From contig JBCNVN010000003.1 of NCBI GenBank assembly GCA_039630055.1, positions 1 through 56,057 of the forward strand: a stretch of DNA of 56,057 bases. The letters run 5' to 3'. This stretch comes from Candidatus Caldarchaeales archaeon (GTDB lineage Archaea; Thermoproteota; Nitrososphaeria_A; Caldarchaeales; Wolframiiraptoraceae). Below the pieces are notes generated by a model, which saw nothing but the letters and a program-made list of their open reading frames with translations, did no database searches and was not told the DNA's origin. Shown one piece after another: positions 37,350-47,648 of the stretch. How positions within the stretch are numbered: the first letter of the stretch is position 1; every line of letters starts with the position of its first letter. The translations under genes were made by a program, and so were the position numbers.

Positions 37350-39048
37350 GATGTCTGGTGCTAAAGCACTAGTTGAAGCATTGAAACTCCTCAAGGTTAG
37401 TGTGATATTTGGGATACCTGGAGGAGCCATAATGCCTGTATACGATGAGTTGAAAGACTCTGGGATAAGACATATCTTGACTAGGCATGAACAGCATGCA
37501 GCCCACATGGCGGATGGATACGCTAGAGCGGTTAAGAGGCCCGGGGTATGCATGGCGACATCAGGTCCCGGCTCAACCAACTTGATCACGGGGATAGCTA
37601 ACGCCTATATGGATTCGTCTCCAGTGGTAGCTATCACTGGACAAGTCGCGACAACCGTTATGGGTATGGGAGCTTTCCAAGAAACGGATATGGTAGGCTT
37701 AACAACCCAAATAACTAAATGGAGTTATCAAATAAGATCTGTAAAAGAGATACCGAGAGCGGTGAAGACAGCCTTCAATGTCGCATCTTCTGGGAGAGCT
37801 GGTCCAGTGGTACTAGATCTGCCTAGAGATATCCAGATAAGTCTAGGAGATGTAAATCTATTTGAGGAGCAATTATTTTTTAAGAATAATGAGACCCCTC
37901 CACCTGACCCTATATTGGTGAAGAAGATTGTTGAAGAAATCCTAGAATCTGAGAGACCGGTAATATTGGCGGGTGGAGGTGTTAAATGGGCTAGAGCTGA
38001 GAGGCTCCTACTCAAGTTAGCTGAGAGACTACTAATTCCTGTCGCAACTACCTTTATGGGTAAGGGGACCTTCCCTGAGATCCATCCTCTATCTTTAAGA
38101 TGCGTTGGAATGCATGGTAACCCGGTGGCCCATGAAGCCATCATGGATGCAGACCTCCTACTGATCATAGGTGCGAGACTATCTGATAGAACAACATGTA
38201 AGATTGATGAGTTCGGTCAAGGAGCAAAAATAATACATATAGATATAGATACTTCAGAGATTGGAAAGAACAAAGATGTATACTTGGGCTTAGTAGCCTC
38301 GGCTGATAAAGCACTAGAAGCGATCCTTGAGGGTTTAGACAAGGTTTTAGAGAAGAAGGAGAAGACGGTCTGGATTAATAAGATTAAAGAGATAAGAAGC
38401 AAATGGGATGAAATAGTAGGAGATGACGGTCTTATAAGTAACAGCGATGTAGGATTGATATTTAAAGCACTTCGAAGAGCTACTCCTCCAAATACCATCG
38501 TAACAACAGAGGTAGGTCAAAATCAGATGTGGGCATCAGTACTCTGGAGAATAGTTGAGCCGGATACATTTATCACTTCTGGAGGTCTTGGGACGATGGG
38601 CTTCGGCTTCCCAGCAGCTATAGGTGCTAAGGTAGCTAGACCTGAATGTCCGGTTATAGATATTGCTGGTGATGGGAGCTTCTTGATGAATGAGAATAAT
38701 CTAGCAGTAGTATCCACAGAGAATATACCTGTTACCGTTGTTATACTAGATAACCGTATGCTAGGAATGGTAGCCCAATGGCAGAGGATGTTCTATAATA
38801 GAAGATACATGGCCGTCCAGTTCAACAATTTCCCCGATTTCGTAAAATTAGCTGAAGCATACGGTGTAGAAGGTGTCAGGGCTGAGACACCTCAAGAAGT
38901 TGAAAAAGCAGTTTCATACGCTATCAGAAACAATGTTCCACTAGTGGTTGACGTACCTATAAACCCTGAAGCAGACGTTTTACCCTTCGTACCGACTGGA
39001 AGAAGCTATAAAGATATTATTATTCCAGGAGGTTCCACTAGAAAATGA
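37342..39048 (+). CDS. ilvB: Acetolactate synthase large subunit
   Basis: FGIPGGAI, RHEQ, TSGPGSTN, FQE, VGQNQMW, SGGLGTMGFG, GDGSF and LGMVAQWQ. Confidence 0.96.
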   Translation: MVEMSGAKALVEALKLLKVSVIFGIPGGAIMPVYDELKDSGIRHILTRHEQHAAHMADGYARAVKRPGVCMATSGPGSTNLITGIANAYMDSSPVVAITGQVATTVMGMGAFQETDMVGLTTQITKWSYQIRSVKEIPRAVKTAFNVASSGRAGPVVLDLPRDIQISLGDVNLFEEQLFFKNNETPPPDPILVKKIVEEILESERPVILAGGGVKWARAERLLLKLAERLLIPVATTFMGKGTFPEIHPLSLRCVGMHGNPVAHEAIMDADLLLIIGARLSDRTTCKIDEFGQGAKIIHIDIDTSEIGKNKDVYLGLVASADKALEAILEGLDKVLEKKEKTVWINKIKEIRSKWDEIVGDDGLISNSDVGLIFKALRRATPPNTIVTTEVGQNQMWASVLWRIVEPDTFITSGGLGTMGFGFPAAIGAKVARPECPVIDIAGDGSFLMNENNLAVVSTENIPVTVVILDNRMLGMVAQWQRMFYNRRYMAVQFNNFPDFVKLAEAYGVEGVRAETPQEVEKAVSYAIRNNVPLVVDVPINPEADVLPFVPTGRSYKDIIIPGGSTRK

Positions 39049-39326
39049 GCGATCAGACTCTAAGCAAGAGATATCTTATCTGGGGTACAGTAGTAAACCA
39101 GCCTAACATAATTGAGAAGCTTGCTGGAACAATCCGACGATCACCTAAACTATTCCAGTTAGTAAAGATGTATTATGGACCCAGTGGGGAAGATGGAAAA
39201 TCGATATTCTATGTTGAGATAATCTCTAATGAAAAGAATGCTCAAAGACTCCTAAAGATTTATGAGAATTATGTAGAAACTTTAAGAGTCTGGTGCAGAG
39301 AGGTGAAGTTAGAAAATGATTTATAG
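39045..39326 (+). CDS. Probable acetolactate synthase small (ACT-like) subunit, very divergent
   Basis: Lies between ilvB (ATGA overlap) and ilvC; 'VVNQPNIIEKLAGTIRR' echoes the IlvH/N 'V.N.PGVL.RV...F.RR' pattern. Confidence 0.6.
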   Translation: MSDQTLSKRYLIWGTVVNQPNIIEKLAGTIRRSPKLFQLVKMYYGPSGEDGKSIFYVEIISNEKNAQRLLKIYENYVETLRVWCREVKLENDL

Positions 39327-39359
39327 TCGTAGAAGTAGTACTAGAGAGGGTTGAGATCT

Positions 39360-40361
39360 ATGGTGAGGATCTGGAGAGATGAAGATATAGAAATGAACGA
39401 TATTAAAGATGAAGTCATAGCGGTTATCGGCTATGGTAGTCAGGGTAGAGCTCAAACTCTTAACATGAAAGATTCGGGACTAAAAATTATAGTAGGCGTT
39501 AGAAGAGAGGGAGAATCTTGGAATAAAGCACTACAAGATGGAGTGAGGACCATGAGCATCGGAGAGGCGGCAGAAGAAGCTGACATAATCCATCTTCTCA
39601 TTCCAGATACAGAACAACCGAAAGTATATAAAGAGCTCATCGAACCACATCTAGAATCAGGTAAAACTATAAGCTTCTCCCATGGATACAACTTCCACTA
39701 TAAACTTATCGATCCACCTAAAGGTGTAGATGTAATCATGGTTGCACCTAAAGGACCAGGCCCACTTCTCAGAGAGATGTATCTAAAAGGCGATGGTGTT
39801 CCAGCATTAATAGCTGTGGGAAGAGATTTTTCTGGAAGAGCCTTGAAGAAGGCTTTAGCCATGGCCAAGGCGATAGGAGCAGGGAGAAGAGGGATAATAG
39901 AGACGACTTTCCAAGAGGAGACCGAGACAGATCTCTTCGGAGAGCAGGCGGTTCTAGTAGGAGGCGTCATGGAATTGATAAAGAAAGGTTTCGAGGTTCT
40001 CGTCGAGAATGGTTATCAGGCTGAGCTAGCTTACTTCGAGGTTTGTAATGAGCTCAAACTAATAGTCGACTTAATATATAGGGGTGGACTGACAGAGATG
40101 TTGAAGGCAGTATCAGATACGGCTAAGTATGGTGGGCTGATAGTTGGACCTAGGATCGTAGATGAGAATGTTAAGAAGAATATGCAGAAAGCTTTGATAG
40201 AGATTAGAAATGGAGGCTTCGAGAAGATTTGGACGGGAAATCCGAGAGCTAGAGAGATCTTAGAAAAAGAGATGGAGAAGGTTGCAGATCATCAGATTGA
40301 GAAGGTTGGGAGAGAGATTAGAGCATTATTCAAGGATAGAGGCCAGACATCTTTACGATAA
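39360..40361 (+). CDS. ilvC: Ketol-acid reductoisomerase
   Basis: [40 protein letters not shown] and SDTAKYG. Confidence 0.97.
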   Translation: MVRIWRDEDIEMNDIKDEVIAVIGYGSQGRAQTLNMKDSGLKIIVGVRREGESWNKALQDGVRTMSIGEAAEEADIIHLLIPDTEQPKVYKELIEPHLESGKTISFSHGYNFHYKLIDPPKGVDVIMVAPKGPGPLLREMYLKGDGVPALIAVGRDFSGRALKKALAMAKAIGAGRRGIIETTFQEETETDLFGEQAVLVGGVMELIKKGFEVLVENGYQAELAYFEVCNELKLIVDLIYRGGLTEMLKAVSDTAKYGGLIVGPRIVDENVKKNMQKALIEIRNGGFEKIWTGNPRAREILEKEMEKVADHQIEKVGREIRALFKDRGQTSLR

Positions 40362-40388
40362 TATTCATCCAATATAGATCAAGAAAAA

Positions 40389-41120
40389 TTAGAATCCGTT
40401 TATTTTGGATTGCTCAACGTTTTCATAATCGGTATACTTAGCAGTAATTAGTTGATGTATCTCCATACTCTTTCTATATGGGATCTTTCCTACAGTTGAG
40501 AGTACATTTGGATCTGCATTAAATACCTCTCTTAAACTTCCCAGACCCTTCAATAATCTTTGAGCAGTTACAACACCAACACCTGGAAGAGATGTTAATA
40601 CAGATATCTGCATCTCACTTACTCCCATCTTCTTCCTCTTAGGCTTAACCCAGACTTCCCTCCTATCCTCTCCCCTTCTCGAGATAACTGATATGAGTTT
40701 TGCACTATCTTCAGATGAGCTTGTGAAAAATATAGCTACTTTGAAATCATATAGTAGACTTGCTAATGCTCCCCAAAAAGCATTCTCATTCTTAAAATAT
40801 CTCAAACTATTCCTTATCTCTCCCTCTATTAAGAATGTAGGGTGTGGTGATGCTTGAGAGAGATTGGAAGCCTGGTCGAACAATCTGCCATCAAGGATCG
40901 ATGATACAAAATCGTTAACGGTCTTCCTCTCTATAATTATTTCTCCTGGAAGAGCATAATCTCCAACCTCTAGAACTTCAAACCTAACGCTTACACCATA
41001 CTTTATAAGTAGGGAGGGGACGCCTGACTTCTCTTCTCTTCTATCAACTATCACGGTACCTGTCTTTATCATCCTCAACTTCTCCAAAGCCATACCTCTA
41101 CCTATATCATATTCTATCAT
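40389..41120 (-). CDS. xpf: Short XPF/ERCC4 structure-specific endonuclease with (HhH)2 and PIP-like tail
   Basis: VDRRE, VGDY, IERKTVNDF...DGRLFDQ, LPGVG HhH, C-terminal QSKINGF; true start may be 41092 or 41072. Confidence 0.9.
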   Translation of the reverse strand: MIEYDIGRGMALEKLRMIKTGTVIVDRREEKSGVPSLLIKYGVSVRFEVLEVGDYALPGEIIIERKTVNDFVSSILDGRLFDQASNLSQASPHPTFLIEGEIRNSLRYFKNENAFWGALASLLYDFKVAIFFTSSSEDSAKLISVISRRGEDRREVWVKPKRKKMGVSEMQISVLTSLPGVGVVTAQRLLKGLGSLREVFNADPNVLSTVGKIPYRKSMEIHQLITAKYTDYENVEQSKINGF

Positions 41121-41224
41121 TAACCATAGTTAAAACTTATTTTCTAGACATCATTAAGGGTTAGAGTTGAGAAATCTTAAAGGTGGAAACCATACCTTAG
41201 TTTATCTCTGTAGTTACTTCATGT

Positions 41225-41998
41225 CTATGGTAGGCTGAGCTTATAGAAATATCTAAAGTATATCGCTAGGCTAAACAATAATAATGAGGAAGACAAGGCT
41301 ATCCAATCTCTAGAACTCATCTTTAGCTCTCTCAAGTATGTTCTATTCTTTTTTACACCAAAACATTTTACTTCTATTGCTTCAGCAAGCTCATAAGATC
41401 TCCTAAGGACACTAACCATCAGTGGAACCAGTACTGGAATATATTTCCTCAAGCGGACTATTATATTCCCTTTCTCAAGCTCTAATCCTCTACTCTTCTG
41501 AGAATCCAGTATCGATTGAAGTTCCTCTGCTAGTATTGGTGTAAATCTTATAGCCGATATGAATGCGAAAACATACATGTAGGGGACTCTCATTTTTGTT
41601 AATGCCATTCCAAGCTCTTCAGGAGTAGTTGTAAGGAAGAATATTGAGAAAGATGCTAAGAAGGCTATAAGCCTATAGGCTAGTTGGATAGATTCATAGA
41701 TACTCTGTAGACTTATAGTTTGACCTGGCATTGATATTTTGAATAAGAAGTTGACTAAGAACACGAGGATTATTAATGGAGAAGCGCCGTATACTGTTCT
41801 AGACCATCTACCAAATACTTTAGCGATAATTGAGAGGATGGCTTCTATAAAGATTATAATCGTTATTACTGTGACCTCGATATACATCATGGTTACGGCC
41901 ATGAGTAAGAAAGATATGATAAGTTTAACTCTAGGATCTAGCTTGTGAATTATACTCTTACCAGGATAGAATTGTAAACCTCTAAGTACTATTGACAA
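41225..41998 (-). CDS. ecfT: ECF transporter transmembrane T component
   Basis: SIIHKLDPRVK, TTTPEEL, IRFTP, SQKSRG and LAEAIE. Confidence 0.92.
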   Translation of the reverse strand: MSIVLRGLQFYPGKSIIHKLDPRVKLIISFLLMAVTMMYIEVTVITIIIFIEAILSIIAKVFGRWSRTVYGASPLIILVFLVNFLFKISMPGQTISLQSIYESIQLAYRLIAFLASFSIFFLTTTPEELGMALTKMRVPYMYVFAFISAIRFTPILAEELQSILDSQKSRGLELEKGNIIVRLRKYIPVLVPLMVSVLRRSYELAEAIEVKCFGVKKNRTYLRELKMSSRDWIALSSSLLLFSLAIYFRYFYKLSLP

Positions 41999-41999
41999 A

Positions 42000-42812
42000 T
42001 CATCTCAATCTCCTCATAACTTCTAATGCAATATCTTCAGGTCGGCCGAGATGAGGTCTGATACCTAAAAAATCCAGAACATAAGTCAATGATACTATCT
42101 GGGGCGGTATCAGCCTACACTCTTGAAGTATTTTTAAGTCTGTTAAAACTTCTTCAGCTGGTCCATCTCTCACGATCCTACCTTTGCTCATCAAGATTAT
42201 TCTCGGGTTAAGATCAGCTATGAACTCAACATCATGAGATGATATTATGATGGTCTTACCTTGTTGGTTAGCCTGTCTAATTATCTGTATCATCTTCTCC
42301 TTCTGTAGTATATCCTGTCCAACCGTCGGCTCATCTAGAGCCAATATCTTAGGAGACCATGCTAAGACTATCGCCATCGCAAGTCTCTTCTTCTCTCCAC
42401 CACTCAGTAGGAATGGAGACTTATCTCGATATTCCTCAAGCTCCATGAACTTTAAAGCCCAATCAACTCTCTTCTCAACTATCTCAGTCGAGTACCCAAA
42501 ATTATTTAATGCGAAGGCGATCTCCTCATATACGGTGGGAGAGAAGAACATGTTTTCAGCATTCTGAAAGACTATTCCAACTTTCCTCGATAGGGAGGCA
42601 ACTGTTGAGTGTCTAGTATCTACGCCGTCTACGAGAACTCGTCCTGAACTAGGCTTAATCAATCCGTTTAAATGTTTCAGAAGGGTTGTCTTTCCCGCAC
42701 CATTCTCTCCCATCAAGGCAACTATCTCTCCATCTTTAATCTCCAAGTTAATCTCATTCAATGCCTTAAATCCATTGGGGTAGACATACTCAACATCTTC
42801 AAAGATTATAAT
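42000..42812 (-). CDS. ecfA2: ECF transporter ATPase (EcfA2); start probably non-canonical (ATT/ATA near 42812-42809)
   Basis: GENGAGKTT, LSGGEKKR, LDEPT; homology extends 5' of the track's TTG (IIIFEDVEYVYPNG) up to an in-frame TGA at 42818-42816. Confidence 0.88.
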   Translation of the reverse strand: MIIFEDVEYVYPNGFKALNEINLEIKDGEIVALMGENGAGKTTLLKHLNGLIKPSSGRVLVDGVDTRHSTVASLSRKVGIVFQNAENMFFSPTVYEEIAFALNNFGYSTEIVEKRVDWALKFMELEEYRDKSPFLLSGGEKKRLAMAIVLAWSPKILALDEPTVGQDILQKEKMIQIIRQANQQGKTIIISSHDVEFIADLNPRIILMSKGRIVRDGPAEEVLTDLKILQECRLIPPQIVSLTYVLDFLGIRPHLGRPEDIALEVMRRLR

Positions 42813-43663
42813 ACTTCATCCCTCCATCTACGTATCTCTCTAACCAGCTCATCTACTGAGAGAGGCATCCTCGAGCTCATCATACCATTGAGAAAACTCT
42901 TCAACTGTTGAGCTACTCTTACAACTCTAGGAACAGGTACCCCATAAGGCATCACATCAAACTTCCCTAATATTTCTCTAGGATCACCTTGAAGAACCAC
43001 TCTACCATCATTCATTACAATCAATCTATTAACGTATGGCAGTAACATATCTAATCTATGCTCTGCGATGATTACAGTTATCCTATACTTATAGTTCAGC
43101 TCAGCTATTGCATCGATCAATTGTTTAGCTGAAAGAGGGTCTAGTGAGCTAGTCGGCTCATCAAGTAAGATTATCCTGGGTCTCATAGCTAGTATAGATG
43201 CGATTGCAACCTTCTGTTTCTGTCCTCCAGATAGCTCATTCGGAGATTTATCTCTCAACTCTTCTATCCCCATCACTTTAATGGCCCAGTCAACCCTCTC
43301 CCTAATCTCATCTCTAGGCATCGATAGATTTTCTAATGCAAATGCTATATCTGCCTCAACGTTTAAAGCGAATAATTGGTTATCTGGATTCTGGAAGACC
43401 ATCCCCGCATACTGAGAAAGAATAGATGGAGAATGGCTACGTGTATCTAGACCGCAAACTATCACCTCACCCTCCATCTCTCCTTCATAAAAATGCGGTA
43501 TCAATCCATTAAAACATCTAAGAAGGGTTGATTTACCGCATCCACTCTTCCCAGCAAGTAATACGAATTCACCTTCACCAATCTCTAGGTTAATCCCTCT
43601 TAGACTCCACTCAGAGCTGCCTGCATACATAAATCCTAGGTTGACGGTCTTTATAATTACCAG
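42806..43663 (-). CDS. ecfA1: ECF transporter ATPase (EcfA1); start possibly non-canonical (CTG 43663 or ATT 43657)
   Basis: GKSGCGKST, NGLIPH, VFQNPDNQ, LSGGQKQK, LDEPT; the first beta-strand VIIKTVNLGF lies 5' of the track's ATG 43630. Confidence 0.88.
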   Translation of the reverse strand: MVIIKTVNLGFMYAGSSEWSLRGINLEIGEGEFVLLAGKSGCGKSTLLRCFNGLIPHFYEGEMEGEVIVCGLDTRSHSPSILSQYAGMVFQNPDNQLFALNVEADIAFALENLSMPRDEIRERVDWAIKVMGIEELRDKSPNELSGGQKQKVAIASILAMRPRIILLDEPTSSLDPLSAKQLIDAIAELNYKYRITVIIAEHRLDMLLPYVNRLIVMNDGRVVLQGDPREILGKFDVMPYGVPVPRVVRVAQQLKSFLNGMMSSRMPLSVDELVREIRRWRDEVL

Positions 43664-44685
43664 ATCTCAACTACCTCCGGCTCCAATCCTAATCTACGCG
43701 ATAATGTCTCTATTACATGATCTGATAGTTCTTCTATGGTCCCCTTACACTCTAGATGGGCGGCTGAGGCATGGCCACCACCATATCCTCCAAGCTTATA
43801 GCTTATATCTCCCGCTAGATCTACACCTATATTTATCTTTGTCTCTTCAACGAAATCATTGGATGCACGGATGGATCCTCTAAGCCAATTTTTCTCGTTT
43901 TCACCTATGGCTAAGGCTAGATGGGCTCCAAGCGAGACTAGTGAACGTGCTACAGAGCTTTGAAAGGCTCTGACATTTGTGATAACGATGAGCCAGTTTC
44001 CAAATCTATAGATCTTCATTCTTGCAGCCCCCTTTAATCTTGCTATCCTCTCAGAAGCATCCATGGTATGCTCAAGCCTTGATAGTATATTATTCAGTTC
44101 AATACCTCTACTCATCAGTTTGCAGAACTTTATAGATGTCTCCATATCTGCTACAGACAGTCTAACTGTATCATAGTATATCCCTATGAGTAATGCTTCT
44201 ACCTCTTTCAGATTAAGTTCTAAGCCGAGAAATTCAGATAAATCATAAATGAGTTCGCATAGTGATTGATAAGATTCGCTTGAGTATATTTTAACATGTG
44301 ATGGGTATCTACGATAAGTCTCAGAGTGATGGTCTAATACAATCACCTTCTTATCTTTATCCAAGATTATCTTATGATACTCGCTTAACTGTTCTGGAGA
44401 CCCAGCATCTACCACCACGTAAACCTCTACATCTTCAGGATCCTGCAATAAATCTATTGAGAAGTATTCTAGTAAGGCTTTTGAATGAGATGTAGGAGTA
44501 TCCGGCACGATAATAAATGTGTCTCTAGCTTGAAATATCTCTCTCATGACCTTTCTCAAAACAAATGCTGAGCATATTGAGTCTGGGTCTCCACCCTCAT
44601 GAGTCAATATAGATATTCTTAGACCTTTAATAGCTTGAAGCTCTCTAACGAGGTTTGAGATTAGCTTTTCATCCCTCATATTCAT
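43657..44685 (-). CDS. DHH/DHHA1 phosphoesterase (NrnA-like)
   Basis: THEGGDPDS, VVVD, LDHH, GIYYDT and GGGHASAA. Confidence 0.92.
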   Translation of the reverse strand: MNMRDEKLISNLVRELQAIKGLRISILTHEGGDPDSICSAFVLRKVMREIFQARDTFIIVPDTPTSHSKALLEYFSIDLLQDPEDVEVYVVVDAGSPEQLSEYHKIILDKDKKVIVLDHHSETYRRYPSHVKIYSSESYQSLCELIYDLSEFLGLELNLKEVEALLIGIYYDTVRLSVADMETSIKFCKLMSRGIELNNILSRLEHTMDASERIARLKGAARMKIYRFGNWLIVITNVRAFQSSVARSLVSLGAHLALAIGENEKNWLRGSIRASNDFVEETKINIGVDLAGDISYKLGGYGGGHASAAHLECKGTIEELSDHVIETLSRRLGLEPEVVEIW

Positions 44686-45047
44686 GATAGTTTCTTCTCA
44701 GAAAGTGTAGACTGTACCTCTCTTTGTAGCGTATCCAGCTGACCCCTAGTCCTCTGTTCTTGCTTCTCTAATATCTTTAATCTTGTCTCAGCCAGCTCCT
44801 TTCTCTCACTCAGCTCTTGGAGTAATTTCTGACGAGAAGACTGGACTAGGATTGGGCCAACAACTTTATACACTGTCACCTCATCCACAACCTTTCCTAA
44901 CTCTTCTATTGCATTCTTTACTTCTATTAATTCTGCTTCTAGTCTCTGTCTCTCGACTAGGATGACGTTTAGAGTTTGGGTAAGCTGTTGAAGTCTAATT
45001 ATCTGTTGTTGTAGACTTGGAGGTAGCTCTCCACTTTTAACTGCCAA
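44682..45047 (-). CDS. pfdB: Prefoldin beta subunit
   Basis: ELPP..QQQI..LQQL coiled coil and VYKVVGPILVQ hairpin; TTG 45047 after GGTGGA is preferred over the track start at 45098. Confidence 0.93.
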   Translation of the reverse strand: MAVKSGELPPSLQQQIIRLQQLTQTLNVILVERQRLEAELIEVKNAIEELGKVVDEVTVYKVVGPILVQSSRQKLLQELSERKELAETRLKILEKQEQRTRGQLDTLQREVQSTLSEKKLS

Positions 45048-45370
45048 GTCTATCCACCATCCACTATATTGTGAAGAGACAGAATTTAAGCATATCAATC
45101 CAACTCTTTTAACAAGATAGCTAATCTTATTATAGATTAGGGCTTGACAGTATCTATATGTCCTTCAAAACTTAAAGAATCTATATGTATAGACCGTTAC
45201 TTCACCGATAATGTTAGCCTATTCTAAACTTTTACTCACATGCTCTTTAAGAGGTTAGTAGCGACCATTGATGAGGTCATAATTGTTATTTGTATGGAAA
45301 ATAATAGAGAAGATTTATATAGAGAGAGCTCGATAGGTATTCTACTAAAGAAGTAGCGGGAGGGAGTTGA

Positions 45371-46954
45371 ATCGATTACGTTGAAATCCTCGATACAACT
45401 CTTAGAGACGGTGCACAGACTACTGGTGTATCTTTTACTTTAGAAGAGAAATTGAAGATAGCTGAGAAGCTAGATGAGCTAGGTGTAGACTATATAGAGG
45501 GTGGATGGCCAGCTTCCAACCCAAAAGATAGTGAATTCTTTAAGAGAGTTAAGGAATTATCGATATGTAGGTCGAAGATAGCTGCCTTCGGGAGTACTTT
45601 AAAGAAGGGTACACCTCCAGACCTTGATCAATCTCTAAACTCTATAATTGATTCAGATGTTCCAGTAGCTGTAATATTCGGTAAGTCTTGGACACTCCAC
45701 GTAGAGAGAGTCTTAAGATGCACTCTAGAAGATAATCTAGAATTGATATGGACTAGTATTGACTATCTTAGAAAACATGGATTAGAAGTGATCTTTGATG
45801 CAGAACACTTTTTTGATGGCTATCTCGATAATCCGGACTATGCATTAAAAGTTCTCGAAGTAGCTCAAGAAGCTGGAGCAGAGACTATAGTGCTAGCTGA
45901 TACAAATGGTGGAAACATATTTACAACCATAATGAAGATTGTAAGTCTAGTTAGGGGAAAGATTACAAAAAATATCGGAATACATACACATAACGATAGT
46001 GGCCTTGCAGTTGGAAATACTTTAGCGGCTGTAGAAGCAGGAGCACGTCATATTCAAGGAACTATCAATGGATTGGGTGAGAGATGTGGTAACGCAGACT
46101 TAGTCCAGATTCTCCCAACACTCATGCTTAAGATGGGTTACAATGCTTTAAAGACGAATGTTCCTGTCAGTGAGAAATTAAAAAAGCTAAAGTCTATTTC
46201 CACATATGTTGCTGAGGCCTCTACTATACCCCTTTCACCATATCATCCATATGTAGGAGAGTATGCCTTCAGCCACAAGGGCGGAGTACATGTAGACGCG
46301 GTCCTAAAAGAGAAGAGAGCATATGAGCATATAGATCCAACCCTCGTCGGCAACATTACGAGACTGGTCGTCTCTGAGCAGGCTGGAAGAGCCGCCGTCC
46401 TTCAGGAGGCTTTAGAGATGGGATTAGAACTTTCAAAAGATGATCCTGCGGTTGGGAAAGCTCTACAAGAGATTAAGAATATGGAGGCTAGAGGATATAG
46501 ATTTGATAATGCTGTTGGAAGTATTAGGCTGGTTATTCTAAAAGCTCTAGGATACAATGTAGATAGATTAAAGATAATCTCTTGGAGGACCTTGGTGGAG
46601 AGAGGTCCAACAGAAAGGGTTGAAGCAGTAGTTATACTTCATGTAGATGGAGATGTTGTACATGGTGTAGGGAACGGTGTTGGACCAGTACATGCTCTCG
46701 ACCTTGCACTTAGAGATGCGTTACTCAGAAAGCTTCCACACCTCGAAAAAGTAAAACTTACAAATTATAAGGTATCAGTTGTAGATGCAGCTGAAGGGAC
46801 CGGGGCTGCTGTAAGAGTCTTCATAGAGTTTACGGATGGTCAGACCAACTGGGCTTGCACAGCCTACTCACGAAATATCTTAGAAGCAAGTTTAAATGCT
46901 CTGATCGATGGATACACCTATAAGATGATCATTCATGAGTTATCGAGAAATTAG
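45371..46954 (+). CDS. cimA: Citramalate synthase (CimA, LeuA family); no canonical start before the catalytic motif
   Basis: In-frame IDYVEILDTTLRDGAQ from 45371; YIEGGWPASNPKD, FGKSW, DAEHFFDGY, HTHNDSG, HKGGVH and GVGPVHALD. Confidence 0.88.
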   Translation: MDYVEILDTTLRDGAQTTGVSFTLEEKLKIAEKLDELGVDYIEGGWPASNPKDSEFFKRVKELSICRSKIAAFGSTLKKGTPPDLDQSLNSIIDSDVPVAVIFGKSWTLHVERVLRCTLEDNLELIWTSIDYLRKHGLEVIFDAEHFFDGYLDNPDYALKVLEVAQEAGAETIVLADTNGGNIFTTIMKIVSLVRGKITKNIGIHTHNDSGLAVGNTLAAVEAGARHIQGTINGLGERCGNADLVQILPTLMLKMGYNALKTNVPVSEKLKKLKSISTYVAEASTIPLSPYHPYVGEYAFSHKGGVHVDAVLKEKRAYEHIDPTLVGNITRLVVSEQAGRAAVLQEALEMGLELSKDDPAVGKALQEIKNMEARGYRFDNAVGSIRLVILKALGYNVDRLKIISWRTLVERGPTERVEAVVILHVDGDVVHGVGNGVGPVHALDLALRDALLRKLPHLEKVKLTNYKVSVVDAAEGTGAAVRVFIEFTDGQTNWACTAYSRNILEASLNALIDGYTYKMIIHELSRN

Positions 46955-47083
46955 ATTATAGATTATATGAGAAGCATTCACCATATGTCTTAGTTCACAA
47001 TTTTATATTTTTAAATACTTTGAACGGTTCTTGATGTTGGATTAACCTACAATTCACAGAAATCTTCCCTACCACTTTAATCT

Positions 47084-47410
47084 CTATCTCTCGTATATCT
47101 CTTCTTTTCGAGAGTTTTGGATAACGTCTATAAGCCTTAAAGTTCTCAAAGATGCATCGATAAATCTTAAGAAAGAATTTAATGCCGCTCTTAAGGCAAC
47201 TATATCTTCAGCATAGATCGTTAATTTTATGCTCTCACCAGCTTCACATAGGTCTACCCTGGTTCTTCTAGAAGGTATCTCTCTTATTTCCGTAGAAACC
47301 GATTTAAGAATTATTTCTCTCTCTTCTCTCGGTAGATCTATTTTGATCTCAGCCTTGTTTTTACCTTTTCGGGAAGGGTGTCCATGATCCTCCTGCAAAC
47401 TTGTATCCAC
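47084..47410 (-). CDS. pcc1: KEOPS complex subunit Pcc1
   Basis: IYAEDIVALRAALNSFLR signature; position after rpl37ae; exact start uncertain. Confidence 0.88.
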   Translation of the reverse strand: MDTSLQEDHGHPSRKGKNKAEIKIDLPREEREIILKSVSTEIREIPSRRTRVDLCEAGESIKLTIYAEDIVALRAALNSFLRFIDASLRTLRLIDVIQNSRKEEIYER

Positions 47411-47588
47411 ATCTCCTACATGCCCATATGCCTGCTGAGACCCTCTTCACGCTTATCGAACTACATCTAGGGCATAATTGTAATGCCCTCTGTTCCTGTT
47501 CGATATCTGCAACTCTTTTTCTAAGAGTTGAACCATATCTAGCTAAAAACCTCTTGGCTGGGTTACCCTGAACTCTCCTAGTACTCAT
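47361..47588 (-). CDS. rpl37ae: 50S ribosomal protein L37Ae (eL43)
   Basis: RF.ARYGSTLRK, CPRC...VKR...GIWACRRC..KFAGG. Confidence 0.95.
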   Translation of the reverse strand: MSTRRVQGNPAKRFLARYGSTLRKRVADIEQEQRALQLCPRCSSISVKRVSAGIWACRRCGYKFAGGSWTPFPKR

Positions 47589-47648
47589 CTAGCATCCTAG
47601 TAAACATTAATTATCTTATATATATTATCATCTTCTAATCCGGACGGC

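Noticed and set aside
45048-45098. N-terminal extension of prefoldin beta in the ORF track
   Set aside because: A TTG at 45047 with a GGTGGA SD gives a normal-length 121-aa protein.
45368-45370. Selenocysteine/TGA readthrough at the 5' end of cimA (and the ecfA genes)
   Set aside because: There is no suitable in-frame start upstream in the likely transcript and no Cys-equivalent position; TGA is the normal stop for many genes here.
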